Part shown: positions 26,752 through 34,880 of the stretch, in pieces
Numbering within the stretch: the first letter of the stretch is position 1
Layout of the letters: each line of letters opens with the position of its first letter
From: Candidatus Doudnabacteria bacterium
Lineage (GTDB): Bacteria > Patescibacteriota > Doudnabacteria > UBA920 > 2-01-FULL-46-14
Length of the DNA: 64,000 bases
Assembly: GCA_023246055.1 (NCBI GenBank)
Contig: JAHFJD010000001.1
Coordinates: 2,781-66,780, forward strand
Direction: 5' to 3'
The notes under the pieces: generated by a model
What the model was told of the DNA's origin: nothing
Database searches by the model: none
Seen by the model: only the letters and a program-made list of their open reading frames with translations
Made by a program: the position numbers and the translations under genes

Positions 26752-26835
26752 GCCCTCGTGGCGGAACTGGTTTACGCAGCGGACTTAAAATCCGCGGCTC
26801 GAAAGAGCTTGTGGGTTCGAATCCCACCGAGGGCA
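26752..26835 (+). tRNA. tRNA-Leu (anticodon UAA)
   Basis: 84 nt class II tRNA; acceptor GCCCTCG/CGAGGGC; anticodon loop CTTAAAA; long variable arm; T-loop TTCGAAT. Confidence 0.85.
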
Positions 26836-26911
26836 TTTAGTTGAGGGTTCCATGTCCGCCGTAGCTGTAGCGAAGGTCGGAGAGCCCCTCCCCAGGCATA
26901 GCAAATTAAAT

Positions 26912-27352
26912 ATGATCCTTGCCCATTCTATAATCGGCTTGCTACCGGTTGATAACCATCATTTTTCCTGGTATTGGTTCATCGGCTCTATTATTCCAGA
27001 CATAGACCATCTCTTTGTTCTGTATCAACACAAAATTTTTTCCCGGGACAAAATTGTTGACGTGATGCGGTTTGAAAAGAAATATAATCTTCATTTCAAA
27101 ACAAAATATTTACATTCCGTTTTCGGAGCAATAGTCATGACAGCCCCGGTCTTGCTAATGAGCAGCACAGGAGCCGTATACTTTTTTACAGCTTATATTC
27201 TCGCCTTGCTTCTGGATTGGCCGGATATAGACGAGAAACAATATCTTTTTCCGTTCAAAAAGAAATTCCGAGGGTTTCTGCCGATTTTTTCTGTCCCCGA
27301 AAGAGTCATCACCCTGGTGTTATTGGTTCTACTGGTTTACTTTTATTTGTAA
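26912..27352 (+). CDS. Membrane-bound metal-dependent hydrolase (YdjM/DUF457-like)
   Basis: MILAHSIIGLLP...WFIGSIIPDIDHL motifs; start set at second Met to avoid overlap with tRNA-Leu. Confidence 0.5.
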   Translation: MILAHSIIGLLPVDNHHFSWYWFIGSIIPDIDHLFVLYQHKIFSRDKIVDVMRFEKKYNLHFKTKYLHSVFGAIVMTAPVLLMSSTGAVYFFTAYILALLLDWPDIDEKQYLFPFKKKFRGFLPIFSVPERVITLVLLVLLVYFYL

Positions 27353-27444
27353 GACACTGAAATAAAAAGGAGTCCTAGATACTAAGGCTCCCGACTGTGA
27401 TTCGTGGTTTGTTATTGTCGGTACTCCTTATCTTTCAGGCAATT

Positions 27445-28599
27445 TTACCTGACGAAGTTTATCAGTTTTTTTCCGAGTTTAAAGAGTTTATAATAATTTT
27501 TGTCCAAAATCAAATCCCAGGTCCCGGTGTAATGTTTCTCGAGCCCGGTCTCCCCCGCCCGCAACGCCTGCGGCGTAGCGCTGGCGGGCAGGCCTACTGT
27601 GACATACCGCGATTTGAAACGGGTGATGCCTGACCAGGAGTGGGATTCTGACGCGTCCGGCGGCGCGATGCCCCACATGTCATAATATTTTTTGCCAGCA
27701 GCTTTGGCCGCGCGAATGGCTTCCCAGAGGACCAGACTTGGGACATTAGCATTGCGCATCTCTGCCGAAGACGCAGCGTAAAGATAAGTGCCGCTGTCGC
27801 CGAATAGCATGATAATCGTCGCGGCCAGAGTTTTACCTTCGTATTCGCCAGTGAGGAGTATGGCGCGGGGAGAGAACTCACCCTTACCCTCTCTTTGTAA
27901 AAGAGAGGGAGTCTCCCCCCCTTTAATTAAAGAGGGGGTCGGGGGGAGTTCGGCATACATAAAATGTTCTCTAAACTTTTCAAACCTTTTCCTGGGCCAG
28001 ACAGTGATACCATCCCGTTTCGAGGTTTCCGCTATCAACTCCAGGAATTTTTCGAACCCTGCACTATCTCCTGTTTTATCCTCGACGCGCACGCCTTTTT
28101 TCATGGCCAGTCTGATGTTGTAGCGGGATTTTTCATGCATTTTCGACATTAGCTGGTCTTCGGGTTTTGTCAGATCAACAAGCACTGTGTCTTCCGGCTC
28201 CATTTGTTTCTGCAGAATTTCTGGTTTTTGAAATTTGAAATTTGAAATTTGAAATTTATTTTGATAAGGTGGGCTTATCCTGACCAGCACAGCATTTTCA
28301 ACAGCCGCTATCGTTTTTAATTCCGCAACAAGTGTTTCCCAAACAGCCTTATCAAAATTACCCACCGGCCCCTTTGCCACCTCCAAATAGGTTTTACCGA
28401 GATATAGAGAGCGCACGACGATTTGGGCCGCAGCGAGCCATTTGCCATCATCCCCCATCACCACAACACGGTGGATTTTGTTTCCCAGTGCGGCCTGAAA
28501 CTCACCCCACTGCCAAGATTGCAGAAATGACGAGGGTGAAGAATTTTCTATAACGAATTTATTCCATTGATCTTTGTCTGAGGCGATTATAATTTCCAT
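27445..28599 (-). CDS. FemAB-family peptidoglycan bridge-forming aminoacyltransferase
   Basis: 384 aa; FemAB-like N- and C-terminal acyltransferase halves; contains GC-hairpin insertion (SPPTPSLIKGGETPSLLQREGKG) and a 7-bp tandem repeat. Confidence 0.75.
   Translation of the reverse strand: MEIIIASDKDQWNKFVIENSSPSSFLQSWQWGEFQAALGNKIHRVVVMGDDGKWLAAAQIVVRSLYLGKTYLEVAKGPVGNFDKAVWETLVAELKTIAAVENAVLVRISPPYQNKFQISNFKFQKPEILQKQMEPEDTVLVDLTKPEDQLMSKMHEKSRYNIRLAMKKGVRVEDKTGDSAGFEKFLELIAETSKRDGITVWPRKRFEKFREHFMYAELPPTPSLIKGGETPSLLQREGKGEFSPRAILLTGEYEGKTLAATIIMLFGDSGTYLYAASSAEMRNANVPSLVLWEAIRAAKAAGKKYYDMWGIAPPDASESHSWSGITRFKSRYVTVGLPASATPQALRAGETGLEKHYTGTWDLILDKNYYKLFKLGKKLINFVR
28227..28257. repeat. 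Heptanucleotide tandem repeat (GAAATTT)x4.4 inside FemAB CDS
   Basis: tttgaaatttgaaatttgaaatttgaaattt; encodes KFQISNFKFQK. Confidence 0.8.
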
Positions 28600-28620
28600 T
28601 CCCTTATTATACTGACAAAA

Positions 28621-28665
28621 GCAAAACCCCTCCAGAGAGATAGCGGAGGGGTTGCTTGTTTTGAA
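28621..28665. terminator. Rho-independent terminator
   Basis: AAAACCCCTCCAGAGAGATAGCGGAGGGGTTGCTTGTTTT. Confidence 0.55.
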
Positions 28666-28693
28666 ATTTACCTCGTTAGAGAACTGAGGGGCT

Positions 28694-29341
28694 TTACAGG
28701 CCTCGTGCTTCCAAGGCGTTTGTCACTTGTTCTACAGCCAGAATCCAGTTATGATTTTTCCAGCCCACCCAGCGGTCTCGCATGAGCTGGGGGTTTGTGA
28801 GTCCCGAATCCTGGTATTTATCGATCAATTGATTGGCCCGGATCACGGCTTCGTCGTAGTTTGAGTAAGATTCCGGATAGTCACCGCCTATCCCCCAGCA
28901 GTTGTGGGGCCGAATGTTTCTTTTACAGAAATTGCTTTCAGCAAAAGAGATCCCGATGATCAGGCGGTAGTGATCTTGTTTGAGCAGGGTTTCCACATGA
29001 CCTGCAAGTGGAGAGTTTTTAAGCTCTAAATATTTTTGCAACTCTTCCGCGCGAAGATCAGGAACAGTTAATGAATCCTGATTCCCCAAAAAGGCGTTGG
29101 CAAAATATTCTTGAGGGAAAGTCGGCAACGGCCAATCTTGCAATCCACTAAAGTCATTAGTTTCAAAAACAAACGAATGATCCCCTGTTGCAACTTGAGC
29201 TGCGGCAACATGAGGGGCAAATGTCCAGAGCAGGATTCCAACCAGAGAAGCACCTACAAAAAATCTATCCGAGGCAGACAAATGATTCTTCAGCAAGGAA
29301 GTTTCAATGCTGCCCCACTGGGAGAAACGAAGTGTCTTCAT
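28694..29341 (-). CDS. Hypothetical secreted protein, possible glucosaminidase-like peptidoglycan hydrolase
   Basis: Signal-like N-terminus from MKTLRF; ...IGISFAESNFCKRNIRPHNCWGIGG weakly resembles glucosaminidase/FlgJ-type motif. Confidence 0.4.
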   Translation of the reverse strand: MKTLRFSQWGSIETSLLKNHLSASDRFFVGASLVGILLWTFAPHVAAAQVATGDHSFVFETNDFSGLQDWPLPTFPQEYFANAFLGNQDSLTVPDLRAEELQKYLELKNSPLAGHVETLLKQDHYRLIIGISFAESNFCKRNIRPHNCWGIGGDYPESYSNYDEAVIRANQLIDKYQDSGLTNPQLMRDRWVGWKNHNWILAVEQVTNALEARGL

Positions 29342-29859
29342 ATTTGTGATTAAACGAATTCCTTTCTTGACCCTCTCGTTACAGTTATGGGTCTTGATCA
29401 ATAATTCGTGAAGCTTAGGTGTTGCCTACCCTATCCGGTTAGGGATAGGGCACGCAACCTGCCATCTTAACATAAAATGCTTTTTTGGTCAAGAGTCGCA
29501 GGTTGCAAATATTGGTTTTTTCTTTGTTTACAAACTAAAAACCGCTACAATTTGCGGTTTTTCGAAACATTGAACAATCTTATTATAGCAGATTTATACC
29601 TATTAGTCAATGCGCACTCTTCCGTGGCTACACTGATAGTGCACAACGAGACTCCTGATCTCTAGCCTGGTGATGTGGCCTTAACCCCCTCTCCCATTTG
29701 GGAGAGGGCGGGGGTGAGGTTTGGAAGACCGCTACATAAGCCGAAAGTCCTGTGGTTTTTAATATCTCCGCTACCTCACCCTAACCCTCTCCGTTGTCGG
29801 AGAGGGAATTCAGACAGTTTGCCAGCTATCAGAAAATTGTGCATGATCAGTTTGACTAT

Positions 29860-29927
29860 GACCCACTGAGGGATTCGAACCCCCGACTCCCGCCGTGTAA
29901 AGGAAGAACTCCCCGCCTGCCAAAGCC
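29860..29927 (-). other. tRNA 3'-half-like fragment (T-arm GGGGGTTCGAATCCCTC + acceptor strand) without matching 5' acceptor
   Basis: Minus strand ...GGCGGGAGTCGGGGGTTCGAATCCCTCAGTGGGTCA; no complementary 5' strand found. Confidence 0.35.
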
Positions 29928-29930
29928 TGG

Positions 29931-30004
29931 TGGCCATTGCTGGGTTCGAACCAGCGACCTTTCGGATGTAAACCGAATGCTCTAACCAGCTGAGCTAAAT
30001 GGCC
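29931..30004 (-). tRNA. tRNA-Val (anticodon UAC), CCA encoded
   Basis: GGCCATTTAGCTCAGCTGGTTAGAGCATTCGGTTTACATCCGAAAGGTCGCTGGTTCGAACCCAGCAATGGCCACCA. Confidence 0.85.
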
Positions 30005-30040
30005 AATGGCGGGCAGGTACCACTGAGTTAAGTGCGCGAA

Positions 30041-30124
30041 TGCCCGGGAGAGGATTTGAACCTCCACGGCCTTGCGGCCACTACCACCTCAAGGTAGCGA
30101 GTCTGCCAGTTTCTCCACCCGGGC
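30041..30124 (-). tRNA. tRNA-Leu (anticodon GAG)
   Basis: 84-nt class II tRNA; acceptor GCCCGGG/CCCGGGC; anticodon loop TTGAGGT; long variable arm; T-loop TTCAAAT. Confidence 0.85.
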
Positions 30125-30205
30125 TTTTTTGGCTTATTTAAGAGCTATATTATTATACTGAAAAATCATTGGCTTTTCAAACCCAAATCTTTATAGTTAA
30201 AACAA

Positions 30206-31690
30206 ATGACTTCTAAAAAACTTTTTTTTCTTCTGGTTTTTCTGCTTCCCATCAGCACTGGGAAAGTGTTTTTTTCGGAGCAGAGTTTTTTTTATGGTTA
30301 CCATATTTTTTATCATAGTTTTTGGGTATTCTTGACAGATATTGTATTTTGTGGTTTGATGTTGGCTTGGTTATGGGAAACCTTGACCCCCACTTCATCT
30401 CCCCCTCATGAAGGGGAGAAAATAGAAGGAGTCCCACACCAAATCACCTCAGCTTTCCTAAAAGACAGAGTTTATCAGGGATTGTTGTTTTTTTGGCTTA
30501 TTTTAGCGATTTCAACAATTCTTTCACGTGAAATGTTGCTGTCTTGGTATGGATTGGCTAGGTTTACTGAATATTTTTTCGTCTTCATCTATATCAGGGA
30601 AAATTTTCACATTTCACGTGAAATGAAGTCTTTTTTTTGGCTTATTTTAGCGATTTCTCTACTTGAAACTGGTCTTGGTATAGCCCAATACGTAAATCAA
30701 AGTTCCCTGGGTTTGAAATATCTTGGAGAATCACTTCTAAAACCAGGCATGCCAGGCGTAGCAGAATTTATTTCTCACGGAATTGGGAGCTGGCAAAACA
30801 TTTCACATGAAATGTTGGTTATGAGAGCTTACGGAACATTGCCTCACCCAAATATTTTGGGAGTTTTTCTGTTTACTGGACTGCTTGCCAATATTTGGCT
30901 TATTTATGGCACTTTGAAAGGGTTTCGATCATGGGAAATCTCTTTATTTCCAGCCCTGATCCTGGTTTCCACAGGAATGGTGTTAACTTTTTCACGCGCA
31001 GTTTGGATAGTTATTGCCCTGGTTTTGCTGAGTTTACTTGTTATGCTCCGCATCCGCAAATATCGGGTTTTTGAGACAATGCGCAGCGGGCGAAGAATGG
31101 CAGAACAGCAGGGTATTTATCTGCCCAAACATATCGCAGCCCTTATTCTGGCTTTGCTTGTGGCTTTGGGTTTGAATTTTTTTCTGTTTGGCGAGCAAAT
31201 TAAGGATCGAATAGTGGGGCGAGGTGTGGCAGCTATCGCAGAACAGGAAAGTTTTGTGGATCGCCAGCATTTCAACTCCATTTCACGTGAAATGATCAAA
31301 ACCCATCCACTGCTCGGCGTTGGGCTGCGAAATTTCGTAGCAAGAATGGATGAGTTTAACAGGCCTGCCCGCCATGCTTCGCAAGGCGATGCGGGCGGGG
31401 GAGAGCGCTTATTCCCTCAACAGCACCAGCCAGTGCACAATATTTATTTCCTGGTAGCTGCGGAAACTGGACTTGCTGGTCTCGCGGCATTGTTGTTTCT
31501 ACTCTATAATATTGTGCGACACGCAATCCAAAAGATCAGAGCCGGGGATAGGGGAGAGCGGACCATCTTGCTTGTATTGTTTTTCGGATTTCTATGTTTA
31601 GGGCTCGTTGACCACTATTTTGTTTCGATTCAGCCATCAGCCATGCTGTTTTGGATAGTGGCGGGACTCGTCTCTGCCAAAAGCGTATAA
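30206..31690 (+). CDS. O-antigen ligase/Wzy_C family polytopic membrane protein (paralogue of 6188-7654) with repeat insertions
   Basis: 494 aa; HNIYFLVAAETGLAGLAALLF Wzy_C motif; SSPPHEGEKIEG from GC hairpin; four copies of TTTCACGTGAAATG. Confidence 0.6.
   Translation: MTSKKLFFLLVFLLPISTGKVFFSEQSFFYGYHIFYHSFWVFLTDIVFCGLMLAWLWETLTPTSSPPHEGEKIEGVPHQITSAFLKDRVYQGLLFFWLILAISTILSREMLLSWYGLARFTEYFFVFIYIRENFHISREMKSFFWLILAISLLETGLGIAQYVNQSSLGLKYLGESLLKPGMPGVAEFISHGIGSWQNISHEMLVMRAYGTLPHPNILGVFLFTGLLANIWLIYGTLKGFRSWEISLFPALILVSTGMVLTFSRAVWIVIALVLLSLLVMLRIRKYRVFETMRSGRRMAEQQGIYLPKHIAALILALLVALGLNFFLFGEQIKDRIVGRGVAAIAEQESFVDRQHFNSISREMIKTHPLLGVGLRNFVARMDEFNRPARHASQGDAGGGERLFPQQHQPVHNIYFLVAAETGLAGLAALLFLLYNIVRHAIQKIRAGDRGERTILLVLFFGFLCLGLVDHYFVSIQPSAMLFWIVAGLVSAKSV
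30398..30419. repeat. GC-rich hairpin repeat (family 1) TCTCCCCCTCATGAAGGGGAGA inside CDS
   Basis: Seen directly. Confidence 0.8.
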
Positions 31691-31726
31691 TTAGCTTAGC
31701 TTACTTTCGAGCCATAAGGGGGGATT

Positions 31727-32317
31727 ATGAAAAAGGTTGGTTTCGTAACGCTTGTTTGCGGAATTACTTTATGTTTGTTAATGGGGACCGCCGCGTATGC
31801 GCAAGGTTCTGACGTGGATCGCAATCGTCATGATGCAGCATTCGCGCTCTTTGATGAAATTCTATGGTACATGGACCGGGAGTCGCGTTTCGGCTGCGAG
31901 TCAAAGAATAGCCCAAGGTATTTCCCTCAATTTCCTACACTCACAATCAGTGTCTGGCAAAATGGGGTTAAAAGTCCCGCGGAGAACATTTGGAGCGATT
32001 TGCCATTATTTATTAGACAAATTGCACCAACAGTGAGGTTAGTGTCGAACGATGGCTTACTTCCTGATACGTATCGCCTCGAGATCATGGATATCACGGG
32101 ACTGGAAGGAGAACTGGCGTTGATTACGTATCAGCATTCGACATTCAATTTCAAAATGTTTGAAACTGCTAGTGCTGGGTTTGCCCGTGGTGATGCGCTC
32201 CGATCTGCCTGCGGCAGACCGGAGCGTTATTTATATAAAAAAGGTTTAGTTTTTGTATCTTTACAGTGCGGCTCGAAATCATTTCATGAGGTCGGCCGAA
32301 AACTGTCATTCCCGTGA
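31727..32317 (+). CDS. Hypothetical secreted protein (signal peptide)
   Basis: 196 aa; N-terminal hydrophobic leader ...GTAAYAQG; 3' end runs into partial MITE-like repeat. Confidence 0.45.
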   Translation: MKKVGFVTLVCGITLCLLMGTAAYAQGSDVDRNRHDAAFALFDEILWYMDRESRFGCESKNSPRYFPQFPTLTISVWQNGVKSPAENIWSDLPLFIRQIAPTVRLVSNDGLLPDTYRLEIMDITGLEGELALITYQHSTFNFKMFETASAGFARGDALRSACGRPERYLYKKGLVFVSLQCGSKSFHEVGRKLSFP

Positions 32318-32396
32318 AGCTTGCCCTCGACCACGATCGGGGGACGGGAATCCAGTTTATTGTAAAAGCCTTGATAATTTGCTCGTCTTTTTTAAC

Positions 32397-33572
32397 TTAA
32401 TCGTCTTTTTTAAAAATGTTTGGTTGATCAGGGCCCTCAACTATAATCTCGCCGAGCGCTCCTTTGTCGATTGCCCGCGAGAGGCTGTGATCAACAATCA
32501 GATATTTCCCAGGCACTTCCAATTTAAATTCTGTCATCATGGCACCGCCTGGGGGCACAATGGTTGTTTGAACATTGCGGTGCGGTGGGGAAACAATATC
32601 GCCCTCTGGGTAGAGTTTATCCAGAATTCCGCCAATCACATGAAAATTTGCGGCAATGTGCGGACCGACACCAAAAAAGATTCTGATTGTTTCGCCAACT
32701 TTCGCCTTTAGGGCGTGTTCGCCGGTCAATGCCCCAACACGTCCGTTAAATACAAAGTATTCCGGTTTCTCCTGTTGTAACTTTTCGAGACTAAATTCCT
32801 GGTGTCCTTTTTCTCCGAATTTGCCCTTTGTATATAGTTCGCCCTGCATCACATAAAATTCGTGATCAACTTTTGACAAGCCGTCTTTTGGTTCAACAAG
32901 AATAAGGCCGTACATGCCATTTGCAACATGAGTGGGAATGTGAGGACTTGCGCAATGATACACGTAAATGCCTGGACGAGTTGCTTTGAATTGAAACGAC
33001 TTCGTTTCGCCGGACGCGGCTTGCGTCAATACTGCGCCGCCGCCAGGGCCAAGAACCGCGTGGAGATCAACAGAATGCTTTCCATGTCCCGCTTTTTCGT
33101 GTTCCGCGGAATCCATATCCATGTGCCCATCTTCCTCATCTCCGTGAGCAGATACCGAATGGATGGCGAGAGTGTCTACGGCAAAAGAATGAAGGGGGTT
33201 GATTGAGGCCCCTCGTTCGTTATTCCCGTGCATTGAATGCGTCAAGTGAATCTCTACCGTATCTCCTTCTCTGACGCGAATGAAAGGGCCGGGCACAGTT
33301 CCGTTATATGTCCAGTATTCATAGGTGACACCAGATGCAAGCTCGGCAACGACCTCCTTGGTCTCAAGTTCCACAAGAACCTTTTGACTTTCTTTTCTAG
33401 CAATTTGAGGAGGCACGTCACTCGCGTGGCGGCTTATATCTTGAACGGAAACCTCTTTCACTGGCAGAGTGGATTCCTGGGTAGTTTTATAGAAAACTCC
33501 CGCCGCAATAATCAAAATAATAATTCCCGCAAAAATCCATATATTTTTCATATTCATGATTTGTTTTTCCAA
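32397..33572 (-). CDS. nirK: Copper-containing nitrite reductase (NirK-type multicopper oxidase)
   Basis: 391 aa; two cupredoxin domains; type-1/type-2 Cu ligands (HTHVANGMYG, YVYHCASPHIPTH), N-terminal TM/signal. Confidence 0.75.
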   Translation of the reverse strand: MEKQIMNMKNIWIFAGIIILIIAAGVFYKTTQESTLPVKEVSVQDISRHASDVPPQIARKESQKVLVELETKEVVAELASGVTYEYWTYNGTVPGPFIRVREGDTVEIHLTHSMHGNNERGASINPLHSFAVDTLAIHSVSAHGDEEDGHMDMDSAEHEKAGHGKHSVDLHAVLGPGGGAVLTQAASGETKSFQFKATRPGIYVYHCASPHIPTHVANGMYGLILVEPKDGLSKVDHEFYVMQGELYTKGKFGEKGHQEFSLEKLQQEKPEYFVFNGRVGALTGEHALKAKVGETIRIFFGVGPHIAANFHVIGGILDKLYPEGDIVSPPHRNVQTTIVPPGGAMMTEFKLEVPGKYLIVDHSLSRAIDKGALGEIIVEGPDQPNIFKKDD

Positions 33573-33853
33573 AGATCATGAAGGATTCGACACGGCTCCA
33601 CGATTTTTGGATTGGATATTTTATAATAGGCATTAAGCCCATTGCGCCTCGCAGTGACCAGCCGCGCGTGGCGAAGAAGGGTAAGGTGTTGAGATAGGTT
33701 CGCTTTGGGAATTCCAAGCATTTTTATAAGTCTTTCAACTGACTGCTCTCGCACTTTGAGGATATTTAAAATTTCGAGCCGTTTTGGATTGGCGAGAATC
33801 TTATATATTTCGGCATTTTTTGCGTATACGCTTTTTGGAAATGGTGATTTCAT
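33554..33853 (-). CDS. ArsR/SmtB-family metalloregulator
   Basis: ILANPKRLEILNILKVREQSVERLIKMLGIPKANLSQHLTLLRHARLV winged-HTH; start at MKSPF. Confidence 0.7.
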   Translation of the reverse strand: MKSPFPKSVYAKNAEIYKILANPKRLEILNILKVREQSVERLIKMLGIPKANLSQHLTLLRHARLVTARRNGLNAYYKISNPKIVEPCRILHDLWKNKS

Positions 33854-34009
33854 TGTTTCGAAACTATATGTTATGGTTAAAGTATACCACATTCAAGAAA
33901 TCATGCAATAAGAAGGGCCTGTAGCCGAGTTGCTTAATCTGTCATTGCGAGCCTCGCCGTTTCGGCCGGGAACCCCTACCGCAGCAATGCGCCCCATTAG
34001 TCCATTTGG

Positions 34010-34080
34010 TGGACCTAGCGAGAATCGAACTCGCGTCCCGGCAATGCGAATGCCGTGTCTTACCACTGGACCATAGGCCC
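34010..34080 (-). tRNA. tRNA-Ala (anticodon CGC), G3:U70 present, CCA encoded
   Basis: GGGCCTATGGTCCAGTGGTAAGACACGGCATTCGCATTGCCGGGACGCGAGTTCGATTCTCGCTAGGTCCA(CCA). Confidence 0.8.
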
Positions 34081-34112
34081 AAATGGAATCGACTAAGGGG
34101 TAAAATGCCCCG

Positions 34113-34287
34113 CTAAAATAATTTTTCCAGATAGTTCAAGATGGCGTATTTTTGGTTGGCAAAATACAGACCAACGAGCAGGGCGAGGAACACAACATTT
34201 CCGATAACCACGAGTTTCAGATCTGATTTGATATGCAGGTATTCGGATGCGAATTCAGGATCGATTTTTTGGTCGTTTTCAGTCATA
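34113..34287 (-). CDS. Hypothetical small membrane protein (58 aa)
   Basis: MTENDQKIDPEFASEYLHIKSDLKLVVIGNVVFLALLVGLYFANQKYAILNYLEKLF; below ORF-table cutoff. Confidence 0.3.
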
Positions 34288-34405
34288 TGTCGTATAATTA
34301 TTTTAGATGTACGTATTATAGAGGAGATTGCCCAAGAAATCCACCCCCCTTTTCCCTGACCCGGGATCGTGATATATTTACTGACTAAGCATAATAATTA
34401 TTAAC

Positions 34406-34798
34406 ATGGCATTTATGGCAAAACGAGATGAATATGAAAACGGCTCTACTCCGGAAACCGTCGTTGGCTCCTCGGTCAAAATCGAAGGAGATTTGGTAAG
34501 TGACGGCGATATCCGCGTGGAAGGTGCTGTGTCGGGAAAAATAAAAACCACAAAAAATCTTTACATTGGCGTAGAGTCGCAAATCGAGGCTAACGTGGAA
34601 GCTGGCAATGCAGTGATCGCGGGCCAGGTCAAAGGAGAAATCAATATCAAAGATAGTCTTCTCATCCAAGAAACTGGCAAGGTTTCCGGAAATATTTCCT
34701 GTGCCCGGTTGTCTATAACCGAAGGCGCGCGGTTTTCCGGATCATGCACCATGGCCATGCCCGAGGGGGAAACCGTTCAAACGGAGTCTAAAGAATAA
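34406..34798 (+). CDS. Bactofilin (DUF583 polymer-forming cytoskeletal protein)
   Basis: 130 aa; beta-helical repeats (IEGDLVSDGDIRVEGAVSGKI...). Confidence 0.8.
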   Translation: MAFMAKRDEYENGSTPETVVGSSVKIEGDLVSDGDIRVEGAVSGKIKTTKNLYIGVESQIEANVEAGNAVIAGQVKGEINIKDSLLIQETGKVSGNISCARLSITEGARFSGSCTMAMPEGETVQTESKE

Positions 34799-34800
34799 TC

Positions 34801-34880
34801 TACTACGAAATACGAAACGGTACGAACATACGAAAACGTACCTTTCGTACTTTCGTAAAAATTCGTAATTTCGTAGTATT
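34801..34880. repeat. TACGAA/TTCGTA-rich palindromic element (family 3), copy A, ends at ATG 34881
   Basis: tactacgaaatacgaaacggtacgaacatacgaaaacgtacctttcgtactttcgtaaaaattcgtaatttcgtagtatt; exact reverse complement of copy at 46097-46173. Confidence 0.8.

Noticed and set aside
29810-30067. ORF 29810-30067 (-) and 29794-29985 (+)
   Set aside because: Composed of tRNA-Val/tRNA-Leu gene sequence and flanking hairpins.
33936-33990. CTGTCATTGCGAGCC...GCAGCAATGCG inverted repeat next to tRNA-Ala as a further family-2 MITE copy
   Set aside because: Only the first 8 nt resemble the family-2 terminus and the right TIR is absent. More likely a local terminator/processing hairpin after the tRNA.
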